A model generated the notes under the pieces. The model did not search any database, had not been told where the DNA came from, and saw nothing but the letters and a program-made list of their open reading frames with translations. Positions 28,926 through 37,882 of a stretch of DNA of 64,000 nucleotides are shown here, one piece after another. Source of the DNA: Candidatus Buchananbacteria bacterium (GTDB taxonomy: Bacteria; Patescibacteriota; Patescibacteriia; 2-01-FULL-39-33); contig CAISTG010000061.1 of the NCBI GenBank assembly GCA_903888345.1, positions 18,512 to 82,511 of the forward strand. The letters are read 5' to 3'. Both the position numbers and the translations under genes were made by a program. Each line of letters starts with the position of its first letter. Position 1 is the first letter of the stretch.

Positions 28926-29963
28926 ATGGATAACCTTATGCCAATTACCAAAGCTATTTTTGATAAAAAAAATATTCTCGTGATCGGTGGCGCTGGCTTT
29001 GTCGGCTCGCATTTATGTGATGAATTACTCAAATCAAACAAAGTAATCTGTGTTGATAATTTTTTGACCGGCGATAATGTTAATATTTCACATTTATTAC
29101 AAAATCCTGATTTTCGGTTTATTAATCATAATATTATTGAGCCACTCGACTTGGAGAGTTTAGCTGAGCTAGAGTATTTTCGCCTGTCGTTTCAGGGTGT
29201 GCAGGAAATCTATTTTTTGGCCTCGCCAACTTCGCCCAGCACCTATATTAAGTATCCCATTGAAACTCTGCTGGTTAATTCCGTCGGTTTAAGAAATGCC
29301 TTAGACTTGGCTGCTAAATATCAATCAAAGTTACTGTTCGCTTCTTCGCCGGCGGTCTATGGTTCAGGCACTGGTCAGATGCTAATTAAGGAAACTTATG
29401 TTGGCCCGGTTGATAATTTAAATCCGCGCGCTTGTTATGTGGAAGCCAAGCGCTTCGGAGAAACATTAGTAATGAACTATCATCAAAAAACCGGCATTGA
29501 TACGAAAATCGCCAGAATTTTTAATTGCTATGGTTCACGTATGGGGTTAAAGGATGGTCGCATGATACCCGAGTTGATCCAGGCAGCACGCCATGGTCAG
29601 GAGCTGGTTATTTATGGTAAAGAAACTGATGTTGCTTCCTATTTTTTTGTTGAAGATCTAATTCGTGCTCTGATTAAATTAATGCATTCAGAAGAATCTG
29701 GTCCACTGAATATTGCATCGGAATGGAAAATTAGCTTGAAAGAAGTGGGAGAAAAAATTATTAGTTTATGCAACTCTCAATCGAAAATTATTTTTAATGA
29801 TCGGCCAACAAATTTTGCGGCGCAACCGCTCGCTGATATTACTTTAGCCAAAGAAAAGCTTGGTTGGTTTCCAATTGTTTTATTAGATGAAGGTCTCAAA
29901 GAAACGATTGATTACCTGTCAGCTCAAGAGGGAATTAGACGTCCAGAATCTGCCAATTTATGA
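28926..29963 (+). CDS. NAD-dependent epimerase/dehydratase, UDP-glucuronate decarboxylase (UXS)-like
   Basis: 'ILVIGGAGFVGSHLCDELL...VICVDNFLTG' and 'CYVEAKRFGE' (YxxxK). Confidence 0.6.
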   Translation: MDNLMPITKAIFDKKNILVIGGAGFVGSHLCDELLKSNKVICVDNFLTGDNVNISHLLQNPDFRFINHNIIEPLDLESLAELEYFRLSFQGVQEIYFLASPTSPSTYIKYPIETLLVNSVGLRNALDLAAKYQSKLLFASSPAVYGSGTGQMLIKETYVGPVDNLNPRACYVEAKRFGETLVMNYHQKTGIDTKIARIFNCYGSRMGLKDGRMIPELIQAARHGQELVIYGKETDVASYFFVEDLIRALIKLMHSEESGPLNIASEWKISLKEVGEKIISLCNSQSKIIFNDRPTNFAAQPLADITLAKEKLGWFPIVLLDEGLKETIDYLSAQEGIRRPESANL

Positions 29964-30625
29964 AAGCCGTTATAATTATTCCCGCTTATAACGAAGAAAA
30001 AGTTATTGGTCAGGTGATAGGGGGAATTTTACAACAGCAGGCTCTCGCTGCTGCTGTTTTGGTTATTGATGATGGATCTACCGACAACACTTTCGCAGCC
30101 GCTAAACAAACTGGCGTGATTGTTTTGCGCCACAAAATTAATCGGGGCCAGGGTGCGGCTATTAAGACTGGCATTGATTTTGCAATTAGTCATGGTTATG
30201 AGGCGGCGGTTTTCTTTGATGCTGATGGTCAAATGGAGGCCAGGGAGATTGAACTATTTTTAAATCAATTGGCGGCCGGCTATAGTGTTGTTTTGGGCTC
30301 GAGAAATTTAGGTCAGGCGATTGATATGCCGGGGCTTAAAAAAATAGTTAAGCGGGCGGCGTTGATTTTTACCAATTTCACTTCTGGTTTAAAATTAACT
30401 GATACCCATAATGGTTTTCAGGCCTGGACAATCGAAGCTTTAAAGAAGATTAGGTTAAATCAAGATCGCATGGCTTATGCCAGTCAAGTAATTAATGAAG
30501 TGGCGCGCTTGCGCTTGAAATATATTGAGGTACCAGTGACGATTAAGTATACTGATTATTCTAAGCAGAAAGGCCAGAGCATTTGGAACTCTTTCACGAT
30601 CTTGTGGGATTTAATTATTAAGTAA
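29960..30625 (+). CDS. GT2 polyprenol-phosphate glycosyltransferase (GtrB/DPM1-like)
   Basis: 'KAVIIIPAYNEEKVIGQVI', 'VIDDGSTDNT' and 'FFDADGQ'. Confidence 0.75.
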   Translation: MKAVIIIPAYNEEKVIGQVIGGILQQQALAAAVLVIDDGSTDNTFAAAKQTGVIVLRHKINRGQGAAIKTGIDFAISHGYEAAVFFDADGQMEAREIELFLNQLAAGYSVVLGSRNLGQAIDMPGLKKIVKRAALIFTNFTSGLKLTDTHNGFQAWTIEALKKIRLNQDRMAYASQVINEVARLRLKYIEVPVTIKYTDYSKQKGQSIWNSFTILWDLIIK

Positions 30626-30630
30626 TTCAT

Positions 30631-30966
30631 ATGTTAATACAATTCATTCTTGTACTCATTATCGCTGTCATCATTTGGCGGCAGGCAGTCAGATTAAAAA
30701 ACAAAGAACTCACGGTTAAGCAATTTGCTGGTTGGTTAGTAATTTGGTTGGCGGGTTTAATTATTGTCATCTGGCCTAATTCGACTGCTTGGTTGGCGGG
30801 AATTGTCGGCGTCGGTCGCGGTTCTGATTTAGTAATTTATTTGTCAGTAATTTTTATAATTTATTTTTTGTTCCGCATTTTATTACGTATCGAGAAGATC
30901 GAAAAGAATTTAACTAAGTTGACGCGTGAGGACGCCATTAAGACTTATGATTCCAGTGCCAAATAA
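30631..30966 (+). CDS. DUF2304-family small membrane protein
   Basis: 111 aa with 3 TM helices. Typically co-occurs with GtrB-like GT2 genes. Confidence 0.55.
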   Translation: MLIQFILVLIIAVIIWRQAVRLKNKELTVKQFAGWLVIWLAGLIIVIWPNSTAWLAGIVGVGRGSDLVIYLSVIFIIYFLFRILLRIEKIEKNLTKLTREDAIKTYDSSAK

Positions 30967-32002
30967 AAAAGTCGCCTTAGCGATTGTCAGCTATAACTCT
31001 TCCGACAAGTTAAAGGATTGTTTGGCGTCTTTAGTGTCTCAGAATTATCCAATCGAACTGGTAGATTATATTTTGGTTGATAATGACTCTCAGGATGATA
31101 GTGTGGCTATCGTTGAGGCCAGCGAACTGAGTTTTAAAATTATTAGAAATGAAATTAACACAGGCTTTGCTGGTGCTAATAATCAGGCCTTTGAATTGGC
31201 ACGCGAATTAGGAGCTGATTATTTAGTTTTGCTTAATGACGATACGATTGTGACACCGGATTGGCTAAATCATTTAATTGTTACGGCCGAAAGTTCACCG
31301 CATGTTGCTGCGGTTCAAGCCAAATTAATGCTTTATCCCGAAAAAGAGCTAATCAATAGCTTTGGCAATGCCTTAACGTTTTTGGGGTTTGGCTATTGTA
31401 ATTGTTATCGCGAACCTGATCGCCCCAATATTGCTCCTTTTGAAGTGGCCTATCCATCAGGCGCTGCCGTCGCTATTAAAATGTCGGCATTACAGAAAAC
31501 GGGTTTATTTGACGTTAAGTTTTTCATGTATCACGAGGATGTGGATTTGGGCTGGCGCTTAAGATTGGCCGGTTATCAAGTTTTGCTGGAGCCGCAAGCC
31601 GTAGTTTTTCATAAATATAGTTTTGCCAAAGCTGACTACAAGTATTATCACATGGATCGCAATCGGTTGTTAGTGTATTTCAAGAATTATAGTTTTTGGA
31701 CTTTGTTGTTGTTGATGCCCGCCTTCAAAGTGATGGAATTAGGAATTTGTTTTTTTGCTTGGCGCAGTGGTTGGTTGAAACATAAATTTTCTGGTTATTG
31801 GTGGCTACTAAAGCATTGGCGCTATATTTTAAGTGAACGAAAGAAAATTAAGCAGTTGCGCGTAGTAAGTGATAGAGAAATTTTAAGATTGCTAGTGGCA
31901 GAAATAAATTTTCAGGAAGTTAATAATCCATTGCTAACCAAAATTGTTAATCCGATAATGAAAATATATTTAGCAGTTTGTAAGCAGATTATTTTTTGGT
32001 AA
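30947..32002 (+). CDS. GT2 glycosyltransferase (rhamnosyltransferase-like) with C-terminal membrane segment
   Basis: 'VALAIVSYNSSDKLKDCLASL', 'ILVDNDSQDDS' and 'LNDDTIV'. Start placed at the ATG at 30947. Confidence 0.7.
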   Translation: MIPVPNKKVALAIVSYNSSDKLKDCLASLVSQNYPIELVDYILVDNDSQDDSVAIVEASELSFKIIRNEINTGFAGANNQAFELARELGADYLVLLNDDTIVTPDWLNHLIVTAESSPHVAAVQAKLMLYPEKELINSFGNALTFLGFGYCNCYREPDRPNIAPFEVAYPSGAAVAIKMSALQKTGLFDVKFFMYHEDVDLGWRLRLAGYQVLLEPQAVVFHKYSFAKADYKYYHMDRNRLLVYFKNYSFWTLLLLMPAFKVMELGICFFAWRSGWLKHKFSGYWWLLKHWRYILSERKKIKQLRVVSDREILRLLVAEINFQEVNNPLLTKIVNPIMKIYLAVCKQIIFW

Positions 32003-32047
32003 AGTTTCGGCGCGTTGTTTTTTTAGAAAGAATCTAAACAAAATCAT

Positions 32048-32521
32048 ATGTTGAATATCGTCATTATTGCGGTGGGGAAGTTGAAAGAGAATTTTTATCG
32101 TGAGGCTTTTAATGAATACCTGAAACGCTTGTCGCCTTATGCTCGCATCAAGGTAGAGGAGTTAAAGGCTGAGCCGTTTAAGGTTGAGAGCGATAAATTA
32201 AAAAGCAAGGCCGCTGAAGCAGAAAGAATTCTGAAGTTGCTGGATGTTTATGCCGAGTCAGAAATATTTATTTTAGATGAGCGTGGTGAAGAGTCAACCT
32301 CAGTAGAACTCTCAGCAGTTTTTAAAAAACATCAATCGCGAAAGATTGTGTTTGTGGTCGGTGGCACCCTAGGTTTAGCTGAAGAAATCTTGAAAAATAA
32401 AAAGTATCATTTCTTGGCTTTGTCAAAAATGACTCTACCGCATGAGTTGGTTCGAGTGGTGTTAGGAGAGCAGATCTATCGAGCCGTTTGTATTAGTTTG
32501 GGTAAGGAATATCACTATTAA
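32048..32521 (+). CDS. rlmH: 23S rRNA (pseudouridine1915-N3)-methyltransferase RlmH
   Basis: SPOUT fold. 'IVFVVGG' and 'LSKMTLPHELVRVVLGEQIYRAVCISLGKEYH' align to E. coli RlmH. Confidence 0.85.
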   Translation: MLNIVIIAVGKLKENFYREAFNEYLKRLSPYARIKVEELKAEPFKVESDKLKSKAAEAERILKLLDVYAESEIFILDERGEESTSVELSAVFKKHQSRKIVFVVGGTLGLAEEILKNKKYHFLALSKMTLPHELVRVVLGEQIYRAVCISLGKEYHY

Positions 32522-32685
32522 ATTGCCCCTTAGAAGGTACTCCTAGGGCTCTAGAACCTTGCTAGCAGCGCTTCACGATGACTCCTGCCTAAACATTGCT
32601 TTTTACCCAAAAATGCCTTATTATATAATTACTTAAAAATCAATAATTTTAGTCAAAAATGGCTAAAATTGGGAGGAATAAATTT

Positions 32686-33462
32686 ATGGAAGACAACGTT
32701 TTACCAAAGCGAAGAAATGGCATTATTAAAGCCATTGTGGCAGTGATTTTAATTTTAGTTTTGGGTGGTATTGCTACCGTTTCGATTCTGCGCGATCGGA
32801 TCGTTAATTATCCACAGTACCAGGTTTCCGTTATCGGTCAGGGTAAGGTCAGTTATCAGCCAGACCTAGCCACCATTACTTTGGGCGTACAAATTGATAA
32901 AGTAGCGAAAGCTGATGAGGCGTTAAGTCAACTAAATACTCGGATTACTAGTATTGTGGCAGCAGTCAAAGCCCAAGGAATTGCTCCTGAAGATATTGTG
33001 ACGCAAAATTATTCGTTGTATCCGCAGTATGATTATAAAGATAATATCTCTACGGTTTCGGGTTACAATGCTAATCAACAGATTTCCATTAAAGTTAGAG
33101 ACCTGAAAAATAATCCGGATAAAATTAGTCAGGTTTTAGTTGAAGCTTCTAAAGCGGGCATCAATCAGGTCCTGGGAATTAATTTCGATATTTCTAATTT
33201 GGAAGAATTAAAACAAGAAGCGAGACTCAAGGCCATGAACGATGCTAAAATCAAAGCTGTTGATATGGCTGGAGCGGCGGGAGTTAAGTTGGGTGACATC
33301 GTTGGTTGGTGGGAAAATGTCGTGCAAGCACCCGGAACGCAAATCGCTGCCTATGATTCTGGTAAAGGTGGTGCTGGTGGAGCTAGTTATGTGCCATCAA
33401 CCATACCATCGGGAAATCAAGAAATTATTATCGAGATGAATGTCTCTTACAGATTAAATTAA
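32686..33462 (+). CDS. SIMPL-domain (DUF541) secreted/periplasmic protein
   Basis: N-terminal TM/signal, 'ISVIGQGKVSYQPDLATITLGVQ' and a C-terminal 'IIIEMNVSY' pattern. A GGGAGG Shine-Dalgarno lies 9 nt upstream of the ATG at 32686. Confidence 0.65.
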   Translation: MEDNVLPKRRNGIIKAIVAVILILVLGGIATVSILRDRIVNYPQYQVSVIGQGKVSYQPDLATITLGVQIDKVAKADEALSQLNTRITSIVAAVKAQGIAPEDIVTQNYSLYPQYDYKDNISTVSGYNANQQISIKVRDLKNNPDKISQVLVEASKAGINQVLGINFDISNLEELKQEARLKAMNDAKIKAVDMAGAAGVKLGDIVGWWENVVQAPGTQIAAYDSGKGGAGGASYVPSTIPSGNQEIIIEMNVSYRLN

Positions 33463-33471
33463 GCTTACTTC

Positions 33472-33495
33472 GGCGGAGATTACTCTCCGCCTTTC
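33472..33495 (+). terminator. Putative intrinsic terminator (GGCGGAGA-tta-TCTCCGCC + TTTC)
   Basis: Perfect 8-bp GC-rich stem directly after the SIMPL gene stop. The U-tract is weak. Confidence 0.4.
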
Positions 33496-33566
33496 GGGCC
33501 TATGGTCTAGTGGTATGACACGGCATTCGCATTGCCGGAACGGCGGTCCGATTCCGCCTAGGTCCA
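33496..33566 (+). tRNA. tRNA-Ala (anticodon CGC), no encoded CCA
   Basis: Cloverleaf folds by hand. Acceptor GGGCCTA/TAGGTCC with a G3:U70 pair (Ala identity), anticodon loop TTCGCAT, T-arm GGCGG-TCCGATT-CCGCC. 71 nt. Confidence 0.8.
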
Positions 33567-33591
33567 AAAAAGCATGGCCAATAATTAAATT

Positions 33592-33990
33592 ATGAAACTT
33601 TTTGTCACTGCCACTTTCAAAAGTGGAGAGAATAAACAAGAAATTGAACACCTGTGTGCGTTGGTTAAGCGGGCCGGTTTTGAAGATTTTTGTTTTATTC
33701 GCGATGTTGAGAATTATCAAAAAGTATTTGATGATCCGCAAAAGTTAATGCAACGAGCGTTAGATGAAATTGAAAAATCTGATGCATTATTGATCGATAT
33801 GACCAGTAAACCGACTGGTAGAGCAGTAGAAGCGGGTATGGCTTATGCTTTAAGTAAGAAAATTTTAGTTATAGCGGAAAAGGGAACACGAATCAAAGAT
33901 ACAACTAAAGGAATTGCTGATGTAGTGATAGAATATAGTATCATTGATGATATCGTTGCGCCCTTGAGTGAGTGGTTGGCAAAAAATTAA
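33592..33990 (+). CDS. Nucleoside 2-deoxyribosyltransferase-like protein
   Basis: Pattern 'MKLFVTATFKSGE...LIDMT...AVEAGMAYALSKKILVI' resembles the NDT/Rossmann-like family. Confidence 0.4.
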   Translation: MKLFVTATFKSGENKQEIEHLCALVKRAGFEDFCFIRDVENYQKVFDDPQKLMQRALDEIEKSDALLIDMTSKPTGRAVEAGMAYALSKKILVIAEKGTRIKDTTKGIADVVIEYSIIDDIVAPLSEWLAKN

Positions 33991-34026
33991 CCGTATTTTT
34001 TATTTAATTTTTGAAGCAGTAAATCG

Positions 34027-34100
34027 GGACACATAGCTCAGCTGGTTAGAGCGCGCCGTTCACATCGGCGAGGTCGTAGGTTCGAATCCTATTGTGTCCA
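34027..34100 (+). tRNA. tRNA-Val (anticodon CAC), no encoded CCA
   Basis: Acceptor GGACACA/TGTGTCC, D-arm GCTC-AGCTGGTTA-GAGC, anticodon loop TTCACAT, T-arm GTAGG-TTCGAAT-CCTAT. Confidence 0.85.
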
Positions 34101-34104
34101 CATT

Positions 34105-34854
34105 ATGTCAAATTTACTTTGGTCATTACTAGCGGTAGCGCTTACTAGCTTGGTTTCTTTTTCGGGAGCCTTGGTTTTAGTCTTGAGCGATCGCTGGCTT
34201 AAAAGGTCTTTAATTTACTTTGTTTCTTTTGCCGCGGGCTCGATGATGGGTGCCGCCTTTTTTCATTTGTTGCCGGAAGCATTAAGTTCACCGGTTTATA
34301 ACTTGGCAATCTTTGCTTGGCTACTCTTTGGCTTTTGTTGTTTCTTTGTGATGGAGAAATTCTTGCGCTGGCGCCATTGTCATGAAGAGGGGTGCCAAGA
34401 GCATGAACATCTAAGTTGGATGAATATCTTTGGTAATAGTTTTCACAACATGACTGATGGCATGATTATCTTCGCTTCTTTTTATGCGGGTGGTCCGGTT
34501 CTGGGAATTCCCGTTACCTTGTCAATAATTTTGCATGAAGTGCCGCAAGAGTTAGGGGATTTTTCAATTCTGATTTATGCCGGCTTTAGCAAGTATAAGG
34601 CTCTATGGTATAATTTTCTTTCCGCCTTACCGGCATTCTTGGGCGTACTTATTGGATTGATTGCTATTAATTTTGATGCGAGATTTGATGTATTCTTGCT
34701 GCCTTTTGCGGCTGGAGGATTTCTGTATATTGCTGCCTCAGACTTGGTACCAGAATTACATAAAGATGAGCATCAGAAATCAGCTGTGGGAACTTTCTTA
34801 GTTTTTATCATCGCGTTAGTCTTTATGTATTTTGTTAAAGTTTTATTTGAATAA
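34105..34854 (+). CDS. ZIP-family divalent metal (Zn) transporter
   Basis: 'HEVPQELGDFSIL' ZIP signature with multiple TM helices. Confidence 0.8.
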   Translation: MSNLLWSLLAVALTSLVSFSGALVLVLSDRWLKRSLIYFVSFAAGSMMGAAFFHLLPEALSSPVYNLAIFAWLLFGFCCFFVMEKFLRWRHCHEEGCQEHEHLSWMNIFGNSFHNMTDGMIIFASFYAGGPVLGIPVTLSIILHEVPQELGDFSILIYAGFSKYKALWYNFLSALPAFLGVLIGLIAINFDARFDVFLLPFAAGGFLYIAASDLVPELHKDEHQKSAVGTFLVFIIALVFMYFVKVLFE

Positions 34855-34887
34855 TAAATTTAAAAATTAATAATCAGTTTATATATT

Positions 34888-35955
34888 ATGAAAAAGTTTT
34901 TATATCTGTTAGTTTCGTTGTTGGTGTTATGGCCCGCCCTAGCTTGGGCACAGTATTCTCCGGTCAGTAATGATCAAAATATTTTTTATTATTCTTCGAC
35001 CTGCGTTCATTGTCGCAAGGTAGAAGCTTTCTTTAAGGATTATGGTGTAGTAGAAAAATATAATATTATCAGTAAGGAAATTTCTCAGAATCCGACCAAT
35101 GCCAAAGAGTTATATGATTTGATGGTGTCACGTAATGTCGCTCCTAGCGATATTGGAGTGCCGTATCTTAATTTTGAAGGTCAGGGTTATTCGGGCGATG
35201 TGGATATTATTGCTTTCTTTAGTGAGAAGATGGGGATTACTTCCAGCACGCCGAAATTGACAACAAAATCGACAACCGGCCCACATCAACTAACGTTGTG
35301 GGCAGTCACCGTAGCCGCTTTAGCTGACTCGATTAATCCTTGCGCTTTCTCAGTTATTATTTTCTTAATGCTATCACTACTCGCGGTCGGTAATAAAAAA
35401 CGCGCTCTTAAAATAGGTCTAGTTTATATCGTAACGGTATATATTGTTTACTTGTTAGCCGGCTTGGGATTATTAGCCGCCTTGCAACAATTTGGGGCGA
35501 TCAGTAAATATATTATGTATGGAGCTGGCGCTTTGGCGATTATTGCTGGGCTCATAAATATTAAGGATTTCTTTTGGTATGGCAAGGGCTTTTCATTGGC
35601 TATTCCTGATGACAAAAAGCCGATCATGGAGAAGTATATTAAGTATGGCTCGGTGCCAGCAGCGATTATTTTGGGTTTCTTGGTAGCGTTATTCGAGTTG
35701 CCTTGCACTGGTGGTTTTTATTTAGCGATTCTGGCTTTACTGGCGCAAGAGACTTCATTTTGGAATGGCTTTGGCTATTTGGTATTTTATAATATTATTT
35801 TCGTTTTGCCATTATTTATTATTTTGATAATTATTTATAAAGGCGTTGATCCAAAGAAATTAGAAAAATTAAGAACCGCTAAACGTAAGTGGTTAAGACT
35901 GGTAATGGGATTGGTGCTAGTAGCACTGGGGTTGAGTTTAGTATTTTTATTTTAA
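34888..35955 (+). CDS. Signal peptide + thioredoxin/glutaredoxin-like domain fused to a CcdA/DsbD-type thiol-disulfide transporter
   Basis: N-terminal signal 'LLVLWPALAWAQ'. CxxC 'SSTCVHCRK'. TM domain with the two conserved cysteines 'SINPCAFSV' and 'ELPCTGGFY' typical of CcdA/DsbD. Confidence 0.65.
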   Translation: MKKFLYLLVSLLVLWPALAWAQYSPVSNDQNIFYYSSTCVHCRKVEAFFKDYGVVEKYNIISKEISQNPTNAKELYDLMVSRNVAPSDIGVPYLNFEGQGYSGDVDIIAFFSEKMGITSSTPKLTTKSTTGPHQLTLWAVTVAALADSINPCAFSVIIFLMLSLLAVGNKKRALKIGLVYIVTVYIVYLLAGLGLLAALQQFGAISKYIMYGAGALAIIAGLINIKDFFWYGKGFSLAIPDDKKPIMEKYIKYGSVPAAIILGFLVALFELPCTGGFYLAILALLAQETSFWNGFGYLVFYNIIFVLPLFIILIIIYKGVDPKKLEKLRTAKRKWLRLVMGLVLVALGLSLVFLF

Positions 35956-35958
35956 ACT

Positions 35959-36696
35959 ATGTCATTTTTAGATAAGATTTTAAAATCATCAGGCAACACT
36001 CTGTATTATCCGGGTTGTTTAACTAAATTTGTGGCCAAAGATGTTTTGGCCAATTATAAACAGCTACTCGAAATGTGTGGCGAAGATTTTGTGATGCTTG
36101 AAGACCGTGAAGTTTGCTGCGGCAGTCCAGTATTAAACGCTGGCTATCCGGAAGATTTTAAAAATTTAGCCGCCAAAAATTTACAGATTTTTAAAGAGTA
36201 TAATATCAAGCGCATTGTTACAGGTTGTCCTTCGTGTTTTGAAATGCTCAGCCATACTTATCGCGATACTTTAGGTAGTGAGTGGCAGATTGAAGTTGAG
36301 CACATGACGACCTATTTGCTGCGACAACTGCGCGCTGGAAAATTAAAACTACCGCGCTTAGAAATTAAGGCGACTTATCATGACCCTTGTCACTTAGGTC
36401 GCTATAGTGGAATTTATGAAGAGCCGCGTGATTTATTGAAGGAGTTAGGGGTTGATTTACGAGAAATGGTCCTTAATCGTGAGAATGCTTTTTGTTGTGG
36501 TGCCGGTGGTGGCGTGCAATCCAATAATAAAGAATTGGCGGAAACAATTGCCAGTGAACGTGCCGACCAAGCACTAGCGACGGAGGCGGAATATTTAATT
36601 ACCCCTTGCCCGATGTGTACCTATAACTTGCGTAATGGCGCGAAAGATAAAATTAAAGTAGTAGAATTTTCTGAAGCCTTATTGGGTAAAATTTAA
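35959..36696 (+). CDS. CCG-domain Fe-S oxidoreductase (LutA/GlpC/HdrB-like)
   Basis: Two cysteine-rich CCG motifs: 'EVCCGSPVLNAGYPEDF...GCPSC' and 'FCCGAGGGV...PCPMC'. Confidence 0.7.
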   Translation: MSFLDKILKSSGNTLYYPGCLTKFVAKDVLANYKQLLEMCGEDFVMLEDREVCCGSPVLNAGYPEDFKNLAAKNLQIFKEYNIKRIVTGCPSCFEMLSHTYRDTLGSEWQIEVEHMTTYLLRQLRAGKLKLPRLEIKATYHDPCHLGRYSGIYEEPRDLLKELGVDLREMVLNRENAFCCGAGGGVQSNNKELAETIASERADQALATEAEYLITPCPMCTYNLRNGAKDKIKVVEFSEALLGKI

Positions 36697-36699
36697 TTT

Positions 36700-37857
36700 A
36701 TGAATAAAGATTTTGTATATAACTATCTAGCTAAACGCGAAGCGGCCTTACCAAAAGCGCAGCAAGATCTTTTGGCTGAGGAAATTTTTAAAATCAAAAA
36801 AGCGGCCAATAGTGATTTGCGTGGCTTGGTGACTGAAGCACAAAAAAATCTAACTAAAAATGGCGTTCAGGTTTTTGTCGTTAAAGATTTAGCCGCGGCC
36901 AGTCTTAAGATTAAGGAATTAATTGGTTCGGTTGGTGGAGTTGTTAAGGCTAAGTCCAATACTTTAGATAAATTGGGCTTGAAGGAAATGCTTAATGAAC
37001 GCTTAACAGAAACTGATTTAGGCGCCTATATTGTCTCAAAAATCGGCAAAGACAGCGATCATCCGGTTTTGCCATCAATCGATTTGACGGCTGAGGAGGT
37101 CGCCTTAGGGTTTAACGCCAAGACCGGAAGCGAGTACCCACGCACCGCTAAGGCCTTAGTGGATGTCTTGAAACAAGAGATTAAGTCAAAGATTCTAACT
37201 GCTGAAGTTGGGCTGACCGGCGCTAATGCGGTCATGGCCGATGGGCAGATTATGTTGCTTGAAAATGAAGGTAATATTTCTTTGATTACGCGTTTACCAA
37301 AAACTCACATAGCTGTTTGTGGTGTCGAGAAGGTGATTGCTAATGCTAATGAAGCAGTTAAAGTTGCCAAGGCGGCCGCAGTTTGGGGTACGGGGCAAAG
37401 CTTTCCGACCTATGTTAGTTTTATTTCCGGTCCATCGAAGACGGCAGATATCGAAAATGAATTAGTGACTGGTGTGCAAGGTGCACAAGAAGTTATTTTA
37501 ATATTAGTTGAGGGAGAAGTTTATGAGCGCTTAGGTACTGATACTGAGAGTATGAATTATTGTATTCATTGTGGCGCTTGTTATAATTTATGCCCCACTT
37601 GGAATGCCGGAGCGGGCATGCCAAAAGTTGGCCAGAGAGACTCTTCATTTAATTGCACACTATGTCAGAACTGCACTTACAATTGCCCAGTCAAAATTGA
37701 ATGGCAAAATATTGTCAGAATTTATCGTGACAGGTATAATAAAGATGGACAGGAGACCGAACATAATGCGCAGATGATTAAAAATATTAAACAGTTTGGC
37801 AATCCCTTTGGTGAAAATGTTGACGGTAAAACTCCTGATGAATTATTTTGTTGCTAA
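36700..37857 (+). CDS. LutB-like iron-sulfur protein (LUD/DUF162 domain + 2x[4Fe-4S] ferredoxin motifs)
   Basis: C-terminal 'CIHCGACYNLCP' and 'CTLCQNCTYNCP'. N-terminal LUD-like domain. Confidence 0.65.
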   Translation: MNKDFVYNYLAKREAALPKAQQDLLAEEIFKIKKAANSDLRGLVTEAQKNLTKNGVQVFVVKDLAAASLKIKELIGSVGGVVKAKSNTLDKLGLKEMLNERLTETDLGAYIVSKIGKDSDHPVLPSIDLTAEEVALGFNAKTGSEYPRTAKALVDVLKQEIKSKILTAEVGLTGANAVMADGQIMLLENEGNISLITRLPKTHIAVCGVEKVIANANEAVKVAKAAAVWGTGQSFPTYVSFISGPSKTADIENELVTGVQGAQEVILILVEGEVYERLGTDTESMNYCIHCGACYNLCPTWNAGAGMPKVGQRDSSFNCTLCQNCTYNCPVKIEWQNIVRIYRDRYNKDGQETEHNAQMIKNIKQFGNPFGENVDGKTPDELFCC

Positions 37858-37882
37858 TATCAAATTTATTTATATAAAACAT

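Noticed and set aside
33454-33741. Minus-strand 95-aa ORF spanning the tRNA-Ala locus
   Set aside because: Overlaps a well-folded tRNA gene and the start of the downstream plus-strand CDS. Spurious.
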